This document shows, one piece after another, positions 17,072-26,716 of a DNA stretch of 64,000 nt. The stretch is from Patescibacteria group bacterium (GTDB lineage Bacteria; Patescibacteriota; Microgenomatia; UBA10105; UBA927): contig JAMCTH010000003.1 of NCBI GenBank assembly GCA_023379025.1, positions 103,362-167,361 on the forward strand, read 5' to 3'. The notes beneath the pieces were generated by a model that made no database searches, was not told where the DNA came from, and saw nothing but the letters and a program-made list of their open reading frames with translations. Positions within the stretch are counted from its first letter, which is position 1. Each line of letters starts with the position of its first letter. A program made the position numbers and the translations under genes.

Positions 17072-18424
17072 TTAAAACAGATAGACGGTTGCTTTTCCTT
17101 TACCTTCCATTTTCAGCATACCACGGGAAACAAGAGCAGATAAATAGTCGGTTGCCGTACTTTGTGAGATATGTAACAAATCACGCACCTGTTCGTTTGT
17201 AATTTTCTTTTTTTCCTGGGCAAACGAAAAGATTTTCGATATCGATTCTTCCCGTTTTTTCTTTTTCGCATCATTGCCTTTGACTGAATTTTCTTTCCTG
17301 CGCGCGTCAAACATGGCGGTTGCCTGTTTTTCGATTTCTTCTTGAGAAGGTTGGGGTGGTTGGGGTGATATGGGAGATACGGGAACATCCGGCTGTATGG
17401 GAGGAGTTACCGGCTGCGGTTGTATCACCGGTTCCGGTTGGATGGGTTGTGGCGAAGGTAGCGGTTTGTCCGTGTGTTGGGAGAGATATGGTGACGGATC
17501 AATATACCCCAGATATCCGTTATTTACATCCGGATTGTTTGGTTGCATCCCGAAATGAAGATGCGGTCCGGTCACAAACCCGGTAGCATCGGAAAGCCCG
17601 ATGGCTTGGGCTTTTGTGACGATATCGTTGACCAACACCCCGAAGGATTGCAGATGGCAATAGATACTCGATCCCCAGGAATGCTTGATGGTGATGGAAA
17701 TACCAAAATCCCCGTTGTCGCCAACTTGGGTAACTACCCCATCATCACATGCAAGAACGTCGGTCCCACTGGGTAATCCGAAATCCAAACCGTTATGTCC
17801 AACAATACCCCACTCCTGATATTTTTTCTTGATGGCCTCATTATCCGGTTGGCTCCCGAACCCAAACAAAACGGGAAATTCTGCGTAAAACGGATATGCA
17901 AGGACCGGAATTGCGGGTGGAGTTGGTTGATTTTGGGGCGCTGTAGTGCCCTGCACGGTTTGATTGTCCGGATTTTCCGGTTCAGTTACAGGAGACACAG
18001 TTTGAGCAGATGGAGTACTGATAGCTGGCACGGATGGAGTCGGACTGGGTACAGATGAAGGCTCTGGTGATGATGTGTCGGATGGTTGAGCCGGTGCTGG
18101 TGCGGGAACGTCAGTTGCCACTGGTTCCGGTTGGTCCGACGAGGGTTGATTTACTACTGAAGCTGGATTTGAAGGTGACGGCTGAACTGGTTGGGTATTG
18201 GCCGATTCGACACTGGATCCCGACAAGTCGGATGTCGGTTCCGGCCGATTGGGAACCTCGGACATTACACCGGTATTTGAGCCTGGATCTGGTGGAGAAA
18301 CCGGATCGTCTGCCATGATTCTAGAATACACCCCACCCTTCGCTAAAGCTACGGCGGGCAAGCAAAACAGGAATCGGCCAAAACCGGAGGCTGTACCGAC
18401 AAACGCCAACCGGCAATCGGCCAA
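17072..18424 (-). CDS. M23 (LytM-type) peptidase with Pro/Ser/Thr-rich linkers and a C-terminal winged-helix domain
   Basis: 450 aa. HNGLDFG...D...GPHLHF M23 metallopeptidase motifs. Long low-complexity P/S/T/Q linkers. C-terminus ITNEQVRDLLHISQSTATDYLSALVSRGMLK looks like a DeoR/MarR-type wHTH. The true start may be the internal MADDPVSPP near 18316. Confidence 0.75.
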   Translation of the reverse strand: MADCRLAFVGTASGFGRFLFCLPAVALAKGGVYSRIMADDPVSPPDPGSNTGVMSEVPNRPEPTSDLSGSSVESANTQPVQPSPSNPASVVNQPSSDQPEPVATDVPAPAPAQPSDTSSPEPSSVPSPTPSVPAISTPSAQTVSPVTEPENPDNQTVQGTTAPQNQPTPPAIPVLAYPFYAEFPVLFGFGSQPDNEAIKKKYQEWGIVGHNGLDFGLPSGTDVLACDDGVVTQVGDNGDFGISITIKHSWGSSIYCHLQSFGVLVNDIVTKAQAIGLSDATGFVTGPHLHFGMQPNNPDVNNGYLGYIDPSPYLSQHTDKPLPSPQPIQPEPVIQPQPVTPPIQPDVPVSPISPQPPQPSQEEIEKQATAMFDARRKENSVKGNDAKKKKREESISKIFSFAQEKKKITNEQVRDLLHISQSTATDYLSALVSRGMLKMEGKGKATVYLF

Positions 18425-18550
18425 AACGCCTGCCCGCTGCGCCTATCTACAAACACAATCGGCCAGAACGGTGGGTTCTGGCCGAATAGCAAAATCAGAC
18501 TCCGTGGGCAAGCTATGGCAGGCGGGGTGGGTTCTGGCCGATTTGAAATT
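18365..18550. promoter_or_regulatory. Array of direct and inverted repeats (TCGGCCARAAC / GGGTTCTGGCCGA) between the divergent M23 peptidase gene and the two-component operon
   Basis: AATCGGCCAAAAC occurs twice. A 10-5-10 inverted repeat CGGCCAGAAC-GGTGG-GTTCTGGCCG and a second GGGTGGGTTCTGGCCGA follow, all within about 180 nt. Confidence 0.35.
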
Positions 18551-18948
18551 GGCGGCTCCGCGCCCCCACCCCATTGGAGAGAACGAGCAGATAAGCGCGC
18601 ATTCCGATGTGCACTCTATCCAACACCCGAACGTGGTGCGTAGGGCGCTAAAGATAATCTTAGCGCGAAGCGCCACATTATAGAACAGAGTGGCGGCAAT
18701 TCATTTTTCCCCTTTACCCCTTTTTTCTTGCCGCCACTTTCAGGAATTTTTGATGAAATACGTACGAATATAGTTTTGTAGCGCTACAGACAACAATACC
18801 CCCTTCATCCCGGACGAGTTTTTTGCCTTTGCAGGGAGAGACCTTGCAAACCACGTCCGCCCAAATGCAAAGCTAAGCTTTAAAATTTCCGGGGGGGTAA
18901 CAGAAAAATTCATATTGTTTTCATGTTCGACACGGTATACTACCAGCT

Positions 18949-19623
18949 ATGCAGATATTGATCGTCGAAGACGAGGCGAAAATCGCGAACTTCCTGCGGC
19001 GGGGGCTTCTGGAGGAAAGTTACGCCGTGGATATCGCGCGTGACGGTGAGGATGCACTCTACAAATTCGACATCAATGAATATGACCTTGTACTTCTCGA
19101 CATCCTGCTCCCGAAAGTGGATGGTCTGACCGTCTGCCGGACGATCCGCGAAAAAAACACCAGCCTGCCGATCCTGATCCTGGCTGCCCGCGATTCCGTC
19201 GAGGACAAGGTCGCAGGACTTGATGCGGGCGCGGATGATTATGTCACGAAGCCATTTTCCTTTTCCGAGCTGTCCGCCCGGATCAGGGCGCTTCTCCGCC
19301 GCGGAAACAAGGCAGATCCGGTCGTCCTTACGATTGACGACCTGACGCTTGATCCGGCTACGCGAACGGCGCGCCGGGGCAAAAAAGTTATCGCGCTGAC
19401 GGCAAGGGAGTATGCGCTTCTCGAGTATTTTATGCGCCATGTCGGCACCGTACTCACCAAAACCCAGCTCCTCGAACACGTGTGGGACTATAATTACGAC
19501 GGACTTTCAAACATCGTCGAAACCTATGTCAAGTATCTCCGGCAAAAACTGCGTACGGCCCGCCGACAGAAGGAACTCATCCACACCATGCGCGGGTCGG
19601 GATATATCATGCGTGCCGAATAA
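18949..19623 (+). CDS. OmpR-family response regulator
   Basis: 224 aa. Receiver domain (phospho-acceptor Asp in LLDILLP) and winged-helix output domain (TAREYALLEYFMRHVGTVLTKTQLLEHVW). Confidence 0.93.
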   Translation: MQILIVEDEAKIANFLRRGLLEESYAVDIARDGEDALYKFDINEYDLVLLDILLPKVDGLTVCRTIREKNTSLPILILAARDSVEDKVAGLDAGADDYVTKPFSFSELSARIRALLRRGNKADPVVLTIDDLTLDPATRTARRGKKVIALTAREYALLEYFMRHVGTVLTKTQLLEHVWDYNYDGLSNIVETYVKYLRQKLRTARRQKELIHTMRGSGYIMRAE

Positions 19624-19625
19624 CC

Positions 19626-20639
19626 ATGGATACAGTCACCCGCTTCAGACTCACCGCACTGTTTTCCGTGCTCTTTTTCCTTTTGTTCTGGATCTTCAGC
19701 ATCTTTGTCTATATCTGGTTCTCCCGTTCGCTCGGGGAAGGGTACATAACCAAAGTCATAGAACGGAACGTCGCTCCGGAGCATATCACCGCGGTCCGGG
19801 TTGCGGGCGGGGTCGCTCTCGACCAGCTCCGCGATATATTGCTCGGAATCAATACGGTCATGGTGTTTCTCATACCGCTCCTCGCATGGATTCTGACGGA
19901 CAGAACGCTCAGGCCCATCGAGCAGGTCAATAACCGTCAACGACAGTTTATTGCTGATGCCTCGCACGAAATGCGCACCCCTCTCTCCATATTGCGCGGC
20001 GAAATGGAAATTGCCCTGAAAAAAGACCGGCCCGTCCATGAATACAGGAAAATCCTGAAGAGTGCCAAAGAAGAGATCGACGGTATGACCCGGCTTGTCA
20101 CGAACCTCCTGTTTCTTGCACGGAATAATGCGGACAGTACGGAAGTCAAACCCGAAGCCGTTGACGTAACGGATCTTCTCAATTCCGTACTCTGGAATCT
20201 CCGCGACAAAACACAAGACAAACAGCTTGCCGTAACGCTCGTACCGGCAAAGGAATCACTGGTCATTCCGGGGCAGATATCGATGCTGACGGTTCTGTTC
20301 ACCAACCTCCTCGATAATGCAATCAAATACACCCCGGACAAAGGAAAAGTCACGGTTCGGCTTGCAGCACTCGGAAAAACCGTGGTCATCAGCATCAGGG
20401 ATACCGGATCCGGCATCGACCCGTTGGATCAGAAACGGATATTTAACCGGTTCTACCGTTCGGACTACTCCCGCGCGCACACAAAAGGGTTCGGCTTGGG
20501 CCTTTCCATCGCCCAGTCGATTGTCACATGGCACCACGGAAAGATTGAAGTATCATCCCGTCCCGGACACGGCACTACGTTCACGGTGTATCTTCCCGGA
20601 ATTACCGGGGGGAGACGCTGGAGCCGTACCCATTCATAA
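19626..20639 (+). CDS. Sensor histidine kinase
   Basis: 337 aa. TM segments, H-box ASHEMRTPL, N-box NLLDNAIKYT and G-boxes DTGSGI / GFGLGLSI. Confidence 0.9.
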   Translation: MDTVTRFRLTALFSVLFFLLFWIFSIFVYIWFSRSLGEGYITKVIERNVAPEHITAVRVAGGVALDQLRDILLGINTVMVFLIPLLAWILTDRTLRPIEQVNNRQRQFIADASHEMRTPLSILRGEMEIALKKDRPVHEYRKILKSAKEEIDGMTRLVTNLLFLARNNADSTEVKPEAVDVTDLLNSVLWNLRDKTQDKQLAVTLVPAKESLVIPGQISMLTVLFTNLLDNAIKYTPDKGKVTVRLAALGKTVVISIRDTGSGIDPLDQKRIFNRFYRSDYSRAHTKGFGLGLSIAQSIVTWHHGKIEVSSRPGHGTTFTVYLPGITGGRRWSRTHS

Positions 20640-20711
20640 TGCCTTCACCTGCCTCTCACGAAAAATCCATATCTCCCGCCCTATACTCGTAACAATCAGA
20701 CACCTGTTCCT

Positions 20712-21851
20712 ATGAAAAAAATTACCTTGGCGGCGCTCATAGTCCTTGTTTTCCTGGCGGGCGTCGGTGCCGCAAGCCTCGTCTATACCGGTTTGGGAGA
20801 TATGCGGCTCGCCGGAAACAGAACGGAGATCATAAATCAGCCGATCACCGACGAGAGTTCCGCGGTAACCAGAGCGGTAAAAACCACACTCCCCTCTGTC
20901 GTCACGGTCGGCATCGACACGACCATCGATAATGCTCCCTCATTTCAGTTTGACCCCTTCAATCCGTTCGGTGCGCCCAATTTCGTTCCCGGCGGCACAA
21001 CACAGGTCAAACAGAATATCGGCAGCGGGTTCATCGTCTCCGCAAACGGACTGATCGTTACCAATAAACACGTAGTATCCGATACAACGGCCGCCTATAA
21101 AGTCATCACCAATGACGGCAAAAAATATACCGTCTCCCATATCTACCGCGACCCTTTAAACGATCTGGCGGTGCTTCAGATTCCCGCTTCCGGTCTCAAA
21201 CCGCTGTCCCTCGGAGATTCTTCGCACCTGGTACTCGGACAGCTCGCCATCGCCATAGGCACTCCGCTCGGACAGTTCCAAAATACGGTAACCGTCGGCG
21301 TTATCTCCGGACTGGGCCGGGGCATCACCGCAGGATCACCGTTTGCCGGCGCGGTCGAACACCTCAATAATGTCATCCAGACCGATGCGGCAATTAACCC
21401 CGGCAACTCCGGAGGCCCGCTCCTTAACGCAGGCGGACAGGCCATAGGAATAAATACCGCAGTCGCCTCTCAGGGACAAAACATCGGCTTTGCCATCCCG
21501 ATCAATGTCGTCAGATCGGTGCTGACCAACTTTAAGAAAAACGGGTCCTCCTTCAGCCAGGCCTATCTCGGAGTCCGCTACAGTACGATTGCCAAAAATC
21601 AGGCTCTCATGAATAATACGGTAGCCGGAGCCTATATTGCCCAGGTTATCGGCGGTTCCCCTGCGGAGAAGGCCGGAATCCGCGTCGGGGATATCATCAC
21701 CGGCGTGGATGGCGCACGCGTTGGAAGCACTCAGACGAACGAACTTTCCCTCCTCATATCAGAGAAAAAGGCAGGCCAGACGGTGCGGCTCACGATCTGG
21801 AGAAATAATACGACCATGACCCTTAACGTCACGCTCGCTACCACGCCATGA
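20712..21851 (+). CDS. htrA: HtrA/DegP-family serine protease with PDZ domain
   Basis: 379 aa. Signal/TM anchor, trypsin-like triad contexts TNKHVV, DLAVL and GNSGGPL, and a C-terminal PDZ (GAYIAQVIGGSPAEKAGIRVGDIITGVDG). Confidence 0.92.
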   Translation: MKKITLAALIVLVFLAGVGAASLVYTGLGDMRLAGNRTEIINQPITDESSAVTRAVKTTLPSVVTVGIDTTIDNAPSFQFDPFNPFGAPNFVPGGTTQVKQNIGSGFIVSANGLIVTNKHVVSDTTAAYKVITNDGKKYTVSHIYRDPLNDLAVLQIPASGLKPLSLGDSSHLVLGQLAIAIGTPLGQFQNTVTVGVISGLGRGITAGSPFAGAVEHLNNVIQTDAAINPGNSGGPLLNAGGQAIGINTAVASQGQNIGFAIPINVVRSVLTNFKKNGSSFSQAYLGVRYSTIAKNQALMNNTVAGAYIAQVIGGSPAEKAGIRVGDIITGVDGARVGSTQTNELSLLISEKKAGQTVRLTIWRNNTTMTLNVTLATTP

Positions 21852-22361
21852 GATCACTCTACACCGTACTGTTTGCTTCTTCCGGATTACCTGCTATCGC
21901 GTTCCGTCAACTGAAACGCTCGGATGGATGGGACGGGGTAACGCCAAGAATTCATCGGAACTTTACTTTCATCTCAGCATCTATTCATGTGCAGGGAGAT
22001 ATAGTACGGGTGTAGTAACAATGAGCGGAAAGGAGGTAACCATGTAGCAACTGCTTTCACGACATCCCAACTTTTTGGTAAGTAAAACGGACGGTTTGCC
22101 ATGACCGCCGTTTTACTTTCTGGTCAGACAACCGGGGCCGGGCGTAAGCAATGCGTCTGATCCGGATTGTTCAGGACGCACCCTAAAACGAAACGCCCGG
22201 TCGGCAGGGGAAAGCTGCTGTATACCGTACTGGTTGAATACCAATCATCCGGGGAAGTACAATAAACAATTACTGTTCCGTTCTCACCCGGTCTCAAGCA
22301 CGATATGTTCGCCGCACATACCCGTAGAAAATTTTCCAGAACACCGGGCTGGATTCGGCGT

Positions 22362-23246
22362 ATGGTCATCATGATCCCTCTCGGAGTGGCTCTTCTTTCC
22401 CTTATGGTTATGCATGGAGTCTTTGCAAAACGGCTGACCGGAATGCAGAATCCACTGATGCGTCTCAGGACAGTTTTTCAGATAAAGAAGCCGCCGCAGG
22501 AACTGCGTGCCAAAGTGGAACAAATCATAGGGGGCAAATGGTCTCTGTATTCCGTCTACGTACGGGACCTGACATCGGATTTTTCCATGGGCATCAACGA
22601 ATCGGCAGTATTTACCGCGGCTTCGCTCAATAAAGTGCCGATTCTTGCGGTGGTATACAGCGGAGTAGAGAAAGGGACAATAGATCTCAACCGCACCATT
22701 ACCCTCCAGGAGGAAGACATTCAGGATTACGGCACCGGCTCCATCCGATACGATCCTCCCGGCACGATGTACACCGTCCGCAGCCTTCTTCAGGATATGA
22801 TAGAACAAAGCGACAATACCGCTGCCTATCTCCTGGCACACTATGTCGTCGGTATGGATGCCATCCAGCGGGAAATCGACTCATGGGGGCTTACCCAAAC
22901 ATCCATGGCAGAAAATACCACATCAAACAAGGATATGGCGGTGCTTTTTATGAAGCTCTATAAAGGTGAACTTGCAGACGGCGATGCCACAGAGGAAATG
23001 CTCGGATTTCTCAGGGAAACGGATTTTCACGACCGCCTGCCGGGCCTTTTACCGGACGGGGTAACTGTCTACCATAAAATCGGAACAGCTGTCGGCAGCA
23101 TCCACGATGCCGGAATTGTCGTCCACGGAAATACCCGTTACTATATCGGAGTCCTGACCGGAAATGTTACCGATGAGTCCGATGCCGCACAAACAACTGC
23201 TGCAGTCTCCAAAGCGGTCTATGATTTTATGACGGAAAGCTCGTGA
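22362..23246 (+). CDS. Class A beta-lactamase-like serine hydrolase
   Basis: About 295 aa from MVIMIP. N-terminal TM/signal, S-x-x-K (FTAASLNK), SDN (EQSDNTAA) and K-T/S-G (HKIGTA) motifs in the canonical order. Confidence 0.7.
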   Translation: MVIMIPLGVALLSLMVMHGVFAKRLTGMQNPLMRLRTVFQIKKPPQELRAKVEQIIGGKWSLYSVYVRDLTSDFSMGINESAVFTAASLNKVPILAVVYSGVEKGTIDLNRTITLQEEDIQDYGTGSIRYDPPGTMYTVRSLLQDMIEQSDNTAAYLLAHYVVGMDAIQREIDSWGLTQTSMAENTTSNKDMAVLFMKLYKGELADGDATEEMLGFLRETDFHDRLPGLLPDGVTVYHKIGTAVGSIHDAGIVVHGNTRYYIGVLTGNVTDESDAAQTTAAVSKAVYDFMTESS

Positions 23247-23311
23247 CTTCCGGAGAAACGGTAGGGGTACATGCCGGGTATAAACCTAAACAACCTGACA
23301 GGTTGTATTCG

Positions 23312-25711
23312 TTACGATCTGGCAAGAGCTACCTTCAGGACGTGGTCCATGTGCTCCACAAAGTGAAAGGTAAGGTCATTCAGGACATTTTTAGGAATAT
23401 CCTCCAAATCCTTTTTGTTATTCTTCGGAAGTATGAGCGTTTTTATACCTGCACGGTGAGCTGCAATAACCTTTTCCTTGACCCCCCCGATCTCTAGAAC
23501 CCTGCCGCGCAAGGTTATCTCACCCGTCATGGCTACGGTCCTCCGGACCGGAATTTTCGTGAGCGCGGAAACGAGTGCCGTCGCGATAGCCGCCCCTGCC
23601 GACGGTCCGTCCTTGGGAACCGCTCCTTCCGGAACGTGGATATGGATATCGATCTTCTGATAAAATTTTTCGGCAAGCCCCAACACTTTCCAGCGGCTCC
23701 GGATATAAGAAAGCGCCGCCTGTCCGGATTCTTTCATGACGTCACCCAACTGTCCGGTAAGGGTAAGTGTCCCCCGCCCCGGCATAAGCGCAATTTCGAT
23801 GAAGAGTATGTCTCCTCCGGCTTCCGTCCAGGCAAGACCCGTCGACATGCCGATCTCATCTTTTTTCTCCGCAAAATACGACGTAAACTTGTACGGTCCG
23901 AGGTATTTGGGAAGATCCCTCGGTGTCAGGGAAAATAGGTGTTTTTTCAGGCTGTTTCCTTCCGCAAGTTTTTTGGCCACCTTGCGGAACAGGTTCGCGA
24001 TCTCCCGTTCGAGATTACGGACCCCTGCTTCCCGCGTGTAACGCCGGATGATCTCGTACATGGCCTCGTTTGATAATCGGATCGTATCGGTCGGCACCCC
24101 GCTTATTTCCCGCTGTTTCTCAAACAGGTAATCCGTCCCGATATGGAATTTTTCCTCCTCCGTATACCCCGGGAAGTGGATGATTTCGAGCCGGTCACGA
24201 AGGGCAGGCGGGATCGTATCCAGAACATTGCAGGTGGTGATGAAAAATACGCCGGAAAGGTCGAACGGTACCTCGAGATAATGATCCGAAAAGGCATAAT
24301 TCTGCTCCGGATCAAGGGCTTCGAGAAGCGCCGCAGACGGATCCCCGCGGAAGTCCGTCCCGACTTTATCGATCTCATCGAGCATGAATACCGGATTTTT
24401 GGTTCCGGCCTGCTTAATCCCCTGGATGATCCGGCCGGGAAGCGCCCCGACGTACGTCCGCCTGTGTCCGCGGATTTCTGCTTCATCGCGGATGCCCCCC
24501 AACGACATTTTGACGAACTTCCTGCCAAGCGCCCGTGCGATGGACTTCCCTATCGAGGTCTTCCCGACACCGGGCGGACCCACAAAACAGAGGATGGTCG
24601 GCGCGGATTTTGCCGTATGTTCCTTCTTCTCCGTCTTTCCGTCTTTTTTTTCTTCTTCCCGGGCGGCGATTTCCTCCGCATGGGCGCGGAGCTTCATCAC
24701 GGCCAGATACTCGAGTATCCGTTCCTTGATCTTTTTGAGCCCGTAGTGGTCGCGGTCCAATACTTTCTCCGCGTCTTTGAGGTTCACGTTATTCGGACTG
24801 GCAATAGCCCAGGGCAATTCAACCAGCCAGTCGAGATAACTCCGGACGTACGAGGCTTCCGGATTATACTGGGACATCTGGGCAAAACGTGAAAGCTCTT
24901 TCTCCGCTTTTTCCCGGACATCGGGCGGCATGCCGGCCCTTTTGATTTTATCGGCAAGGAGCTTTATATCTTTATTTTCCGTTTCTTCGCCGAGTTCTTT
25001 CTCTATCGTCTTCATCCGTTCGCGCAGCACCTGCTCCCGCACGTTCTTATCGAACTTTTCCTGCGTCTTATTGGCAATCTTTTTTTCCAGTTCGAGAATT
25101 TTCACTTCGCGGGACAGGTGGCTGATCTCCTCGTTCAGCCGCGATTTGACGGAATTTACCTCCAAAAGGTCCTGCCGTTCTCCGGGCTTGATATCGAGGA
25201 CGCCGGCTATCTGAAACGACAGCTGGAGCGTATTGGCGCCGGACATGATGTTCATGAAGGTCAGAAAATCAACCGATTTGCCGAGATTTACGGCGCGCCT
25301 GAGTTCGTTCGTAAGGTGTCTGGTCAGTGCCCGAACCTCATCGGTATCCTCTACATCGTCTTTACGCTCAAGGACACGTGCGACAAAGTACGGTTCGAGG
25401 GATTCATAGTTGATGACGTCCACACGGGTAATTCCCCGGACCAGGGCATTGATTTCCCCCTCGTTTTTCATCATCTGGACTATTTCCCCGATACAACCCA
25501 CGGTATACATATCCGAGGGGGTCGGGTCGTTGATGTTGGGATTCCGCTGCATGACGAGCACAACGCGTTTTCCGTTCGCCTGCGCTGACTCGATCGCCGA
25601 TACCGACCGCTGCCTGCCGAAGGTCAGGATCATCTCCGTACCGGGAAAAACTATCCCGTCACGTATCGGTACGACGGGCAATACATATTCTGCCGGAGTA
25701 TTGTCATTCAT
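23312..25711 (-). CDS. lon: ATP-dependent Lon protease
   Basis: About 800 aa from [13 protein letters not shown]-domain, AAA+ Walker [10 protein letters not shown] and a C-terminal S16 protease domain ([10 protein letters not shown]). Confidence 0.93.
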   Translation of the reverse strand: MNDNTPAEYVLPVVPIRDGIVFPGTEMILTFGRQRSVSAIESAQANGKRVVLVMQRNPNINDPTPSDMYTVGCIGEIVQMMKNEGEINALVRGITRVDVINYESLEPYFVARVLERKDDVEDTDEVRALTRHLTNELRRAVNLGKSVDFLTFMNIMSGANTLQLSFQIAGVLDIKPGERQDLLEVNSVKSRLNEEISHLSREVKILELEKKIANKTQEKFDKNVREQVLRERMKTIEKELGEETENKDIKLLADKIKRAGMPPDVREKAEKELSRFAQMSQYNPEASYVRSYLDWLVELPWAIASPNNVNLKDAEKVLDRDHYGLKKIKERILEYLAVMKLRAHAEEIAAREEEKKDGKTEKKEHTAKSAPTILCFVGPPGVGKTSIGKSIARALGRKFVKMSLGGIRDEAEIRGHRRTYVGALPGRIIQGIKQAGTKNPVFMLDEIDKVGTDFRGDPSAALLEALDPEQNYAFSDHYLEVPFDLSGVFFITTCNVLDTIPPALRDRLEIIHFPGYTEEEKFHIGTDYLFEKQREISGVPTDTIRLSNEAMYEIIRRYTREAGVRNLEREIANLFRKVAKKLAEGNSLKKHLFSLTPRDLPKYLGPYKFTSYFAEKKDEIGMSTGLAWTEAGGDILFIEIALMPGRGTLTLTGQLGDVMKESGQAALSYIRSRWKVLGLAEKFYQKIDIHIHVPEGAVPKDGPSAGAAIATALVSALTKIPVRRTVAMTGEITLRGRVLEIGGVKEKVIAAHRAGIKTLILPKNNKKDLEDIPKNVLNDLTFHFVEHMDHVLKVALARS

Positions 25712-25777
25712 ATCAGGTATTTGGCACTCAAGTATATCAAGTGCTAAACACAGTGTCAACCATGGACATATGAACCA

Positions 25778-26641
25778 TTAAATAAATTCCGCAAGAAGTG
25801 CATCGAGGTTCGGGACCGTAAGCGGCAACGAGACGAGAGGTCCGCCGGCAAGCGCCGGCTCCCGGTCTTCACTCGTCGGTTTGTCTTCCCGGTAAAAAAT
25901 CCCGACGGGTATTTTGTCCCCCCATTCCATGGCTTTTTCCATGGCATGGAGGCGCGTATCCGGCACGTAACCCGAGCTCTCCAGGGTATACAGCCGCTGC
26001 CGGTACCACATATAGGTGTGGACTTTGTCAAAGGTAACGCAGGGTTGCAGTACATCGACGACGGAAAACCCCTTGTGTTTGATTGCTTCCGCCATGATCT
26101 TTGACAGGCCGGGGATGTCGCCGGCAAATCCCCGTGCCACAAATGTCGCGCCCGCAGTGAGCGCGAGAGTCAGAGGATTTATAGGCTCATCGGTCACTCC
26201 TTCGGGCGTTGACTTCGTCTGAAACCCCGCTTTAGCGGTAGGAGAGGCCTGACCGGTAGTGAGCCCATACACCTGGTTGTCGTGGATAATAACCGTCACA
26301 TCCGGATTGCGTTTTGCCGCATGGATAAAATGATTCCCTCCTTCACCGAGGCAATCCCCGTCCCCGGAAATGACCACCACCGGAAGCGTATGATTGGCGA
26401 GTTTGGCGCCCTGTGCCACCGGAAGGGCCCGGCCATGGAGTCCCGCAAAATCATAGATCCGCATCCAGTCATACATATTGCCGTGACAGCCGATGCCATA
26501 GACCAGCAATCCGTCGTCCGGACCTATGCCGAGCTTGGCGAGTGCGTCCTTGAGGGACATCCAGATTCCGAAATCCCCGCACCCCGGGCACCAGGTCGGC
26601 AGGAAACTTGTCTTAAAAGCATCTGCGGTTAGTGTTGGCAT
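25778..26641 (-). CDS. korB: 2-oxoacid:ferredoxin oxidoreductase beta (TPP-binding) subunit
   Basis: 287 aa. WCPGCGDFG motif and the TPP-binding GDGD...N region. Confidence 0.88.
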   Translation of the reverse strand: MPTLTADAFKTSFLPTWCPGCGDFGIWMSLKDALAKLGIGPDDGLLVYGIGCHGNMYDWMRIYDFAGLHGRALPVAQGAKLANHTLPVVVISGDGDCLGEGGNHFIHAAKRNPDVTVIIHDNQVYGLTTGQASPTAKAGFQTKSTPEGVTDEPINPLTLALTAGATFVARGFAGDIPGLSKIMAEAIKHKGFSVVDVLQPCVTFDKVHTYMWYRQRLYTLESSGYVPDTRLHAMEKAMEWGDKIPVGIFYREDKPTSEDREPALAGGPLVSLPLTVPNLDALLAEFI

Positions 26642-26716
26642 AAGAATGGCTATTTCGCAATGGCATTACTTCAAACGCCCCGTCTCTAACAAATAACGTG
26701 CATTGCGAAGAACGAA

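Noticed and set aside
22082-22125. Hairpin GTAAAACGGACGG...CCGCCGTTTTAC about 230 nt downstream of htrA
   Set aside because: Not followed by a convincing U-run and far from the stop codon. Could be a terminator or attenuator, but evidence is insufficient.
22284-22841. 185 aa minus-strand ORF
   Set aside because: Antisense to the beta-lactamase-like gene, which has ordered active-site motifs.
24143-24892. 249 aa plus-strand ORF (and other ORFs between 23.4 and 25.8 kb)
   Set aside because: Inside and antisense to lon. The translations are Arg/Pro-rich, typical of GC-rich antisense frames.
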